Shown piece by piece: positions 42,881 through 54,176 of a stretch of DNA of 64,000 bases. The notes under the pieces were generated by a model. The model was not told where the DNA came from. It did not search any database and saw only the letters and a list, made by a program, of their open reading frames with translations. The translations under genes and the position numbers were made by a program. The stretch is from the NCBI RefSeq assembly GCF_009914755.1, contig NC_060942.1; one strand, written 5' to 3'. The DNA comes from the human T2T-CHM13v2.0 reference genome, Homo sapiens. How positions within the stretch are numbered: position 1 is the stretch's first letter; each line of letters starts with the position of its first letter.

Positions 42881-45308
42881 AGGTGAGTAAGGTGAGGTGC
42901 ACAGAGTAAGGATTTCCTGACCTCAATATACATGTGAACAAAGGATGAAATTTTTGCTCCCTGTCTCCAAGCATTCATACTATATGCTTACTACTTTGGT
43001 TCCTTGGAGATCTAAGAACAAGTTGGAGGAGTGTGAAATGGGTTAGCCATTTCGCATTGCCTTCAACTGGTACTATGAGGGAGCAGAGTTCTAGTCCCAG
43101 TTAGTGCACTTGAACATGTGTAGGAAACACACAGTAAGTAGATAACTTTGCTAGAGGAAGCCCATTCTTTCTGTCTTCAGATGACTGGAAAAAGTGTTGG
43201 ATAAGATAATTATGTATCCTGCTCAATTACAGAAGCTAAATTGCATCTTAAATGCAGTGTGCTGATTAGCAAAATGTAGTATTCTGCATATTAGGTATTA
43301 AAGTATAGAGCAGCAAGCGTTCCAGAGGAATCTGAGAATCCTAACCCAATCTCCGAAACATCTCCAGTTGCATGCTTCATGCCTGAAGATCCTAGATATT
43401 CATCGTAATGAAGGGTCTGTAATATATTGAAAATTGAAGGATAGCTCCTTAAGTATCCTGACTGATTTTATCAATTATTATACTTTTTTGAGGTCATAAA
43501 ATGAAATGCTGGTATAATTATGACTTAAGAGCAAAGTTGGATACAATTTCTTGCATGAGTTAAAGTCAAAAATATTTCTCAAAATGAAATTGGCAGCCAG
43601 CCAAGTTGATTCGAGGAGACACATATAGACAAGGAAGCTCTAAACCAGGAGCGTATGAAATAAGATATTTTAACAATTAATGCCTTGTTTGAGTTCAAGT
43701 GTTTGGCCTAATATGAAGTGGATTGCAAAGGTAAAGGACTAAATCTAAATATTACAATTAAAGTCTCTGTCAGAGGCAGTTAAGTAGAAGCACTTTATTG
43801 AAATAGGGTCTTTCATGATTGTTTAGCCCCATGAAATATTTTGGCTTTATTCCTTGTGTTAGTCTACTCAAACATTAGTCTGCAAGTCTCCTTTTCAATA
43901 TACCTCTTTTTCATCTGTTGTTTCTTTTACCTACTATTCTTTGCCCATGTGATTATTCTGTCCTTTTCTTCAAGCCACTTGATGTTAAAGAATATTTTAT
44001 AAAGGCTTCAGCTAAAAAAGTTAAATATTTCTTGAAAATTAAAATGTTTTAAGTCAAAGAATACCTTTTATTTCAGTAGTGGTGATGATAACTGAGGAAG
44101 ATTTGCCTACCTACCAGTGTGCAAATTGTTTCCATTTTGTCAATTCATAATCGTATCCTGTGTTTATTAATACGGCTGTTTGCTCAACTTCTACGGTTAC
44201 ATTTTATTTTAAATTATTTCTTTACATGTAATTAAGAAAGTAAACATATATGTTTGTAAACATACATGATATATATGTTTCATCATATATGAAAGTAAAC
44301 ATCTATGATTTTTGAAAAAAAATCAATGAATGAGCCTGTAAAATAGTGAGACTAATAGCAAAAATAATTCAGAAAATAGTCTCTTCGCAGTTTGAGTTTG
44401 TCTGTGTATTTCAAAGTGTTAATAAGACTGAGGGTCAATGTGACTTTTCCAAGGTTTATTGCTTTCAGAAGTCAATGAGTTTCTTTTCTAAATCTAATTT
44501 TCTGGGTGATAAATTGATGGGTATTCCATGTACTTTTTCAGCATCTTGTTGGCTGTCTTTGCACAGATTCAATATTTAATGAGAGATCAATACTTCCAAA
44601 GTACATTTTCTTTTACTTCCTTCACTTAGGAGTCTGGGTAGCTACCAAATCACGAATATCACCAAAACCACAATCTCCATCATCACTCAACCAACAGGAA
44701 TCTCCTGAGAGCCTGCTTCATGCTCAGCACTGTGAAACTTGCATTGAAAAACGAAGGCACAAAAGAGAATACAAAATGGTTTTATATTATTGGTAGGAGA
44801 GTTATCAACATAGCAAAGATTAATAGAGTATAATGTGATTGGCGTTTTACAGTCAGAGAATTTTAGAATTTTTGATCTGCCTCTAACACACTGGTTACCC
44901 AAACTCCCCAATTAATAAAGTCAGACTTGCCAATTGGCACTGGAGAATTAAACAATGTAATGCATTTAATTATGTAGATTGGTGCCTGATATATTTTAGG
45001 TGCATGCTTAATGGTAAGGTGATAGTAATTACTTTGATTAACTGATGTAACTATATATTGTAAATATCACCAAATGCTGAGAGAGAAACACGGCTCCTAT
45101 ATTTGAACCTGCCATTTAAAGGTTTGCTTATTGTTGTCATGGGCGAGTCATTTAGCATCTTAGATTTCCAATATTCCTCCCTCTAAAGTCAGAAAGGGGA
45201 ATAATTAGTTGACCTTTAATATTCTACCTAGTTGTGATAGTCAACGATTTCATGCATATTCCATTACTTGTAAACAAAAGCTTATAGGCATTAAAGACTT
45301 TAGATGGC

Positions 45309-45375
45309 TGTGTGTGTGTGTGTGTGTGTGTGTTTGTGTGTGTTTGTGTGTGTGTGTGTGTGCGCGTGCATGTGT
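45309..45375. repeat. Imperfect (TG)n microsatellite
   Basis: tgtgtg...tttg...tgcgcgtgca. Confidence 0.92.
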
Positions 45376-46539
45376 ACGTTTTAATTCCATTTGAGTTTCT
45401 ATTCTAAGCTGTGAGCTTGTCTCCAGGATAATGCACATATGAATTTATGTGCACAGATTTTGAATTGAATTTCAAGCCATTCTAATCTTTGTAGTTCACC
45501 TGTAGCCCCAGCTCTCAGGGCGAAGACCTGTCCTCTGTGTTAACTGTCTAGAAGTGACGAAAATCACTGATGGCTGATGTCTGGAATCTGCATATGCCTT
45601 TTTAACATTAATTTTCAAGGCAGTTTCTCAGACCAAAATGTCCTGGCTCCTGTTGTTCTACTTTGTCTTTTAAGAATATGCCCAGGAGGCCATAAGTGCT
45701 TCATTTTTTTCTCTTTTTGAATATCACTACGTTGCATTCTAACACAGAGTATTCTTCTTCTCCAGAATGTCACAACTGAAAATGCAACAAGAAAGAATTC
45801 CTCCATGTTCCCCCTCTCTTTCAATTTCGTAGATCTTATTTGTTTGTTTATTTTGATGTAATTAATAAAAATAATTGAAGAAGCAGGATATGAACATGAC
45901 TAAAAGCATGAAATTACAAAGCCCAAATTGATGAACTTCTACACACTGGTGTATGTTATTGAAAGCCTTTGGATTCTGTTTGTTTTTACTTAGGCTGGAG
46001 CTCACTAAATTGTCAGTTTTCTTTTGATTCCCTGACCTTCTGTAGATTATGTTAACCTCTTTTTTCAGTGAGCTACAAAGAATTAAAGTAAGATCTTCAA
46101 TTACAAAGATTTAGTGTGTATGAATAAGGCAAGAGGTCCAAATGCAAAATTTTACTTATATATTCAAATTTAATTCTTTTTAAAATTCTTTATTAGATCA
46201 GGTTAAATCAGTGTTGAACATGATACCGGCATATCCTCTTTTGATCCATAAAGTACAAACCTGTAGTTTTCTATTGAAATCATCTATATTTATACAGCTC
46301 ATCAAATACTCAGAGGGATAAACAAATAAAGAAAAAAAGAAAAACAAAGGAAAAGGAATCAAGTATAGTTTCTTAAAGTTAAATGGTTGTTTTAAAAAAC
46401 TGTAACAACTTATTTTTGTCAATGGAAAAAATGTGAACTTTTATTAATATTCTCTTTTCAAAATGCTTCTAACATATATGACTCATTTAATATTACTATT
46501 TTATATCACTTTCTTAATTAATTGCCTATTTCCCACTAC

Positions 46540-46745
46540 AAAAGCTCATGAGCATTTAACAATAGATGCAAAGCTCTATGGTGATCATTTCACTTGTATT
46601 TTTTCATTTAATTTTCAAATCATCCACATAGGACATGTACTATTATTGTCTCACTTTGGATTGCTGGTAAATGAGACAGAGAAAGATGAGTCAACCTGAA
46701 AAGATCACGAAGTAGTAAAAGATGGAACTGATGTTGAGCCCACCC
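46540..46745 (-). mobile_element. MIR fragment
   Basis: ttttcatttaattttca, tactattattgtctcacttt, taaatgagacagag, aagatcac...gtaaaagatggaactg. Confidence 0.55.
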
Positions 46746-49700
46746 CATCTCTCCACATGATCATCACAAACACAATAACCCGTAACCAAAAGATTGAGAC
46801 AGAGGACTGCAAGGTGATGGTTTGCAAAAACCTGAATTCCAGATGTCTCTTTCCTTCCTTTTCTCCCTCCTTCCTTCTTTAACTGTAAACTAACTGCATT
46901 CAGAATATACAACTGACATTTTAACTCATCCTCTAATTTTTTTTTCTTCTATGTAAAGTAAAAATCAAATTCCTTTTAGGAAAAAATGATAATCAAAAAC
47001 TGTACATTAAAATAAATATTTCCACTAAAATAAATGGCTATCACTGAACGCATCCAGTCTTCACTTGTGTTTTAATTTCACAATGACCCCTTTCCTTTTT
47101 TTTTTTCAAATTTACGTTTCTTTGTTTTCATGATCAAGTTTAAGCTTGAACATTTTCTTACACTGAACAGCTGTTAAATGTCTGTGTTTGCAGACCAAAC
47201 AATTGTCACTAGACTGACTATATAGCCTATACAGTAAGAAGGAGGAAATTAATCTGATGCAACATTTCTGATGATTTTTTTCCACCAGCCTATCTAAGAA
47301 TTTGTGTGGCAGGTATGCAAAAATCAACTTCTAGCAATCAAATACATAAACTAAATAGATTCCAAACGGAAAGTATAATCAATCTATCTCAAATAGAGTA
47401 AGTGGACTAATAAGCATATCATCAGAGATGCATCTAAGATTCTTTAACATTCTTCTTTACTTCAGAATGCCAGCTTTACTGGGAATTAATATCCAAACAT
47501 CAGGCAGCTATTGCCTCCAACAACAATGAAGCTGGTATGGCTTTCAGTTTAACATCCATGATATGCTTCATTAAATATATTTCATTTTACTGTCAGATTT
47601 TTTAATATGTCTCTGAGCACACTTCATAATTTTTGAAAGATATTACGAACTAATTTGTTTCCCAGAAAGCATACTTTCCATGGATAATAAGAATCATGAT
47701 GCATTTTTATGACTTTATGTGTATTAATCAAGAGCTTTTTTTATAATGGAATTTTCCCTGTTCCCAATTCTGCTTCACATATGCTAAGACAATGACAAGT
47801 TGAAGTCAACTTCTAACATTAACTTTAAACACAAAATATCTTAAGTGCATAAATATATTAGCAACTTTTTATATTGTAGTAGAAAATCTATTGACCTTAG
47901 TGGAGAAATAAAGACTTTCTCCCTCAATGTATCTATTAAGAAGTTTGGTTTCATGAAATTTAGTGATGAACTGTTACATGGTAAAAAATCTTTTAAGTGT
48001 TAAAAAGGAAAAGCCACAAGGGTTCTTAAAATATGAAAGAAAGGAAACATTCTAGATATCTTATGAAGATTATTACTTGGATATAATCATAATATTCAGA
48101 TAGGAGTTACTGACTATATATGCATATCTGTGGAGACTCTGCCTAAAAATTTGAATACATTATAGATATTTAAGTAAACATTTTACTTTCTGATCCATTT
48201 CACCTATTGTCCTAAAGAAGCAGAAAGGTTAAAGACCTGCTCAGGTCAGGAAATGTTTGCCAGCCTAATCAGAACTGTCACCTGCTCCCTATTACAACTC
48301 ACTGTACCCTCTGAGAGTAATAGGTTTGCTTATTTTCTCTTTCTAAATCCACATGAGATAAGAAAACAAAACAAAACAAGACAGTCTTTGGAGTCACAAA
48401 GGTTTCATGCAAAATTGATTATGGTTAATTTTAATTGTCACTTAAGGTATTTTCAAATATGTCCCCTTCTTCAACTGGTATTATTGTTTGTTTGTTTGTT
48501 TGTTTGTTTATTGTTTACCCAACAAATATGACTATCATCTTTGTTATAGTCAGTAATTCCAAGTGTGCTGGCAGAGCCTGGAAGCCGTTAACAAGCAAGT
48601 GTGAGAAGTAATTGAAGGGAAGAATAAAATTACACTCTTCTAGCTCCAGGATCATGGTGGGTAATAAGAGAATTAGACATTTTTACTTCTCTAGGATCTA
48701 CCTTTCACACCAAAATGTCTCTCTGAGTTTATAAAAATATAAATAAATGAACCATTCATATACCATTCTGAAATAAAACAAGCATGTTAACAAACACTGT
48801 TAAATGTAGAAAGCATTTTAATACCATTTTTAGGGAAAAGATGGAGAATATTTTGTGAATTTGGGCTATAGAATTAATACTGCTTGGAAAATTTCCTCTC
48901 CATATGAATGGGCCAGTTTTTATTTTAATGATTTTTTTTATTTTTAAAATACTTTGATGTAAGCAACTGCTGCAAAATAAACTCTTAAAAACAACACAAT
49001 CATTTCACTTTATTTTATTTTTCTTTATTCCAATAAGCCTTTTTACTCCTAACACAACTATTTAATAATTAAAATTAGTTACTTCTTTTTTTTTACTGAA
49101 AAAATAATTCAACTTAGCTGTTTACAAAGAAGCTGTTGTGTATTTAAATTAATTTCACTGATTTAAATATAATTTACAAAGGGAGAAGCAAGAACATTGA
49201 AACTGAAGTAGTAATGCTTGGTAAGAAATGAATGGAAATTTTATTTCAAACAAGAAATCTACAAGATGTTAGTGTTCACGTTTTGTTACTTTCTGATCTA
49301 CACAAAATTCATTACATTTTTGTTTTCCAGTATTATATAGCTAGGTTTCCACAGCAGTTTTCTACAATGGGAGTATCTTGGGAATATAATTCTTCATTAT
49401 TTATTCCTAGATTTTCATTTAGGCACAGATTTTATTCCTACATGCCCCTGAGGACTACTCTGATTAGCTCTGAGCTCATTTTTCAAAGAATATGGCAGGA
49501 AACCAGCAGGTAAAATCTTAAAATTGCTATGGCAATGCCTTTCCTTGCTCTTTCAAGGTTTACATTTTCTAAAGGAAGCTGAATACCAAGAGTGACATCC
49601 ACACTGTTTTCAGATCACTTGTGTTAGTATTCAGAAAGGAGACTGATTTACCATGTGTGGGCAGTCCTTCCTTATGTTTCCACAATAATCTCTTAAAGAG

Positions 49701-51649
49701 TGGGACTGGTATTTTTAACACTATCCAAAGAATGCCTTCCTTTAGTATGTTTACTGCAGAAAATAGACTGCCCCAATATATACAAAGCACTTTCAGAGCT
49801 CCTCCCTGCTCTATTTTGTATAAGAATTTGGAAGACTAGGTCCAAGACTCAGTTCTCTCATCAAAGAACAGTATGGCTGTGAACAAAAGAGTTAGCCTGC
49901 ATATTTTAGTTTCTCATTGGCAAAAGAAGCAGAAAGGATGATGTCGCTAAGGTCACTTCCAGTCTTACAACATTTTGAGACTTTTAGCTGGAAATATTTG
50001 AACATGAGAAGCTTCTTTTTCCATCTCTTCCAAACCTTATCTTATTATCAACAGACTGTTTAATTGAATAGGATAAAGAGATCCATGAAAATTTTATGTC
50101 AAAGAGGGTTATAATGGCAATCCCCTTTCCCTTGGTGTTGGTAGGTGGCAGTGATGAAATATACAAATACCATCTTAGGGCTTTAAACCACCAACTGATC
50201 AAAATCAGTCCCTTGACTCCTCTCCTATTGTCTCCATGAGTCACTGCCCATATTAGATTCTGATGTAAGAATTAGTCACAGTGAGACATTCAAAGGATGT
50301 TAGAAAATGTAACCACACTAAGCACTGATAAATGTATATATACATGGCATATTATATTTACTTCATAAATTTAATGTGATTAATTGTTGAAAGACATAAA
50401 AAGGATTTAGGTCTCAGGAAAAGAAATTATGCCATTTTATAATAAATTTCTGAATCCAAGATGAACCCTTTATGTAATTATTGATATAGGTTAGCAATTG
50501 AACTGAACAATATTTTTGTAATTTCCAGTTTGCATTCTACAAAAGACCAAGCTCTACCTGTAAGTATTACAATGTCTACGTTTTAAAGTTAAAAGGAGAG
50601 AGAAGATGCAAGAGGATTTTACTTGCATGAAGGAGTGGAGGATAGAAACTTAGTTAACAGCAGGGATGAGAGAAAAAAATGATGGTTGGATGTTGTGAGA
50701 GAGCAAAGAAATGGGAAGGAGAAAAAAACACACAAGATGGAGGGCATAAAGTAGGAAATCCTGGTAAATTACAAAAATGGCTAAAAGCAAAGTAAATCAT
50801 CTGTGGGCTATAAGCTATTCATAAGGATCTATTATTAAATGTATTTCCCTTGACTATGAAATGAATTCTCCTACAGGGTCAATTTATTATTTATTTTGTC
50901 TTGTCAATTTTTAATCTAGGCATCTAGTAATTCTAATTACAATGATGTTATACCTCTCCCCACCTCTTCCTCCAATGAACATTCAAGGATATAAAGGTAT
51001 TATGTTTATAACCAAATGCTGTTCAGTTATTTCAGTAATCTAAGTGCAAATTTAAAACACATATGATGGTGGCTGATTTTACAGTATACCAAAGTAAAAA
51101 CATGTATGAAACTCAGTAGGCACAACAATAAATGCCCAGGTGGGTGACTTAATGAATAAATAAAGCACATCTACATGACAATCAGTAGACAGAGCAAAAT
51201 TCATAGTAAGATTCTTCAGATTAACTCTTCATACTTTTCTTTAACTTTGTGTAAACACGTTATTAACGAATACGGAAATAAATTACCTGCATTTATCACC
51301 CGCCCATGATTCATTAGTTTAACTCAGAGATTGGCAAACCGAGCCTGTGGGCTCAATTTATCCTGCCATCTGTTTTTGACAATTCTTTCCTCTACATCTG
51401 CAGTTTGGTAATTTTTAAGTGTGCAATTAATATCTGAACCACTTTTTATCTTGCTTTCTATTCTTTCACAGAAAATGAGAACAATCTGAATAAAATTTCG
51501 TTAAGATAAAATGACTAATAATAAGCTGTTTCTAAAAGTCAAGTGGAAAAAAAATTTACTATCTAGACCTTAAGGAGAATTGGAACTTTAAAAAAAGGCG
51601 CATTTATTTATTTTGCTTTTGGCCAAAAATAACAATAATCGTAATAGAG

Positions 51650-51885
51650 AATCCATATGGTTAATGGTAAAACACATAAAGAAGAACTGAAACATCTGAT
51701 AAAGTTTAAATCTCAGCTCCCTTACCATTTATAACTTTTAGACATTGCTTTTAAATCTATAAAATATGGATTTTAATATTATTTTCCTCATAGATAATTG
51801 TGCATATTACATTAATATATAAAAGGTGCTTAGAATATAATCTCATACATAGTGCACTCTCAGGAATGTTATATATTATTCATCA
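51650..51885 (+). mobile_element. MIR fragment
   Basis: gtttaaatctcagctccc ttacc, tctataaaat, cctcatagataattgtg, taaaaggtgcttagaata. Confidence 0.6.
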
Positions 51886-52284
51886 TATTGAAAATCAACT
51901 ATACTGTAACATTTGATGATGATAGTTGAACATTTTTGGAAGAAGGAAAATCAACTGCAATCTCAAATCAATGTTTGATGTTGCACAATTAAAATGATGA
52001 TATTATTGGAACTATTTTGCCTTCATAACACTTAGTGAAGAGTTTGTGTCTGACTTCATACCAGGATGGGAAAATCAGTTAATTTCAGCTTAGTGGTTTC
52101 TTTCTCCTCTTAAATAAATATATTTAATAAAATTAAATTAGAAAAAAAAGTAAAATCTCAACTTAGATTTGTGTTAAACTTACTTCTCTGGATGAAAAAT
52201 ATAAATAAATACATAAGGGTAACATCTTTCTTTTTCTCTAAGACAATATTGTGACTTCTTCTCTGATTATATTAATTTTCTGAC

Positions 52285-52555
52285 TGATCTGTCTAATATT
52301 GACAGTGGGGTGTTAAAGTCTCCTACTATTATTATGTGGGTGCCTAAGTCTCTCTGTAGGTCTCTAAAACTTGCTTTATTAATCTGGGTGCTCCTGTATT
52401 GGGTGCTTATATATATTGAGGATAGTTAGCTCTTCTTGTTGCATTGATCCCTTTACCCTTATGTAATGCCCTTCTTTGTCTTTTTTGATCTTTGGAGGTT
52501 TAAAGTCTGCTTTATCAGAGACCAGGACTGGAACCCCTGCTTTTTTTTGCTTTGC
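52285..52555 (-). mobile_element. Isolated internal L1PA ORF2 endonuclease-region fragment
   Basis: Translates as QKKAGVPVLVSDKADFKPPKIKKDKEGHYIRVKGSMQQEELTILNIY; no 3' UTR or tail. Confidence 0.9.
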
Positions 52556-52569
52556 CTTTGCTCTATTTA

Positions 52570-52822
52570 TGCTGTGACCATCACTCACTGCAGCCTCATC
52601 CTCCTGGGCTCAAGCGGTCCTCCCACCCCAGACTCCCAAGTAGCTGAGACTACAGGCATGCACCAGAACATCCAGCTATTATTATTATTATTATCATATT
52701 TTTGTAGAAACTGAGTCTTGCTATATTGTCCAGGCTGGTCTTGAATTCCTGCGCACAAGAATTCCTCCAACCTCAACTTCCCGAAGCGCTGGGATTACTG
52801 GCATGCACCACCATGCCTGGCC
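52570..52822 (-). mobile_element. AluJ with 3' end and tail missing
   Basis: ctcactgcagcctc...cctgggctcaagcg...gtcttgctatattgtccaggctggtcttgaa...ccatgcctggcc. Confidence 0.88.
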
Positions 52823-53260
52823 TCTTATACCTATTTTATTCTAATCTAAGATTTTATTAGTGCATATTGTTTTTAATAGGTACACATAAAATGTGTTTTT
52901 CTTTTATTTCACTTGTCACTAAATTTTGGCATGAAGGTTTTTTATGTTTTTAGTGATAAACAGGAGTTAGAGTCACATGATGTGGTTTAATTTTGATATG
53001 TTAGACTTTAAAAACATTTCCATCTTAATTTGTATTTTCTAGATAAAAATGTGAATTAGGCAAAATAAAAATGTTTTCCGTTAATTATTTAGTGTATTGT
53101 CTGTACCTGCACAGAGAATAAACAACTGCTGCTTTGGCAAATCATAGGATGTCATAAAATGGACACACTATTCATTGCTATTCTTCTGTTTTTACATGTC
53201 CTTTCAGAAAAAATATCTATGCATACAACATGAATACATAATGAAAAGAAACAGGCAAAA

Positions 53261-54176
53261 TTCTGTCGGGTGCCTCTTCACTCTGATGATAGTTTCTTTT
53301 GCTGTGCAGAAGCTCTTTAGTTTAATTAGATCCCATTTATCAATTGTGGCTTTTGTTGCCATTGCTTTTGGTGTTTTAGTCATGAAGTCTTTGCCCATGC
53401 CTATGTCCTGAATGGTGTTGCCTAGGTTTTCTTCTAGAGTTTTTATGGGTGTAGGTCTTAATGAGATAGCATCTCATACCAATTAGAATGGCGATCATTG
53501 AAAAGTCAGGAAACCACAGATGCTGGAGAGGATGTGGAGAAATATGAATGGTTTTACACAGTTGGTGGGAGTGTAAATTAGTTCAACCATTGTGGAAGAC
53601 AGTGTGGTGATTCCTCAAGGATCTAGAACTAGAAATACCATTTGATCCAGGAATCCCATTACTGGGTATATGCCCAGAGTTTTATAAATCATGCTACTAT
53701 AAAGACATATGCACACGTATGTTTACTGCAGCACTGTTCACAATAGTAAAGACTTGGAACCAACCCAAATGCCCATCAATGATAGACTGGATTAAGAAAA
53801 TGTGGCACCGTGGAATACTATGTAGCCATAAAAAAGGATGCGTTCATGTTCTTTTCAGGGACATGGATGAAGTTGGAAACGATCATTCTCTGCAAACTAA
53901 CACAGGAACAGAAAACCAAGCAGTGCATGTTCTCACTCATAAGTGAGAGTTGAACAATGAGAACACATGGACACAAGGAGGGGAACATCACACACGGGGG
54001 CCTGTCAGGGGGTGTGGGGCTAGGGGAGGGATAGCATAAGGAGAAATACCTAATGTAGATGATGGGTTGATGGGTGCAGCAAACCACCATGGCACGTGTA
54101 TACCTATGTAACAAACCTGTGTGCTCTGCACATGTATCCCGGAACTTAAAGTATAATTAACAACAACAACAAAAAA
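53261..54176 (+). mobile_element. 5'-inverted, truncated L1PA7/8-like element (53261-53460 antisense, 53461-54176 sense plus tail)
   Basis: Antisense part encodes [36 protein letters not shown]; sense part starts atgagatagcatctca and runs through the 3' UTR to aaagtataat(AAC)n. Confidence 0.93.
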
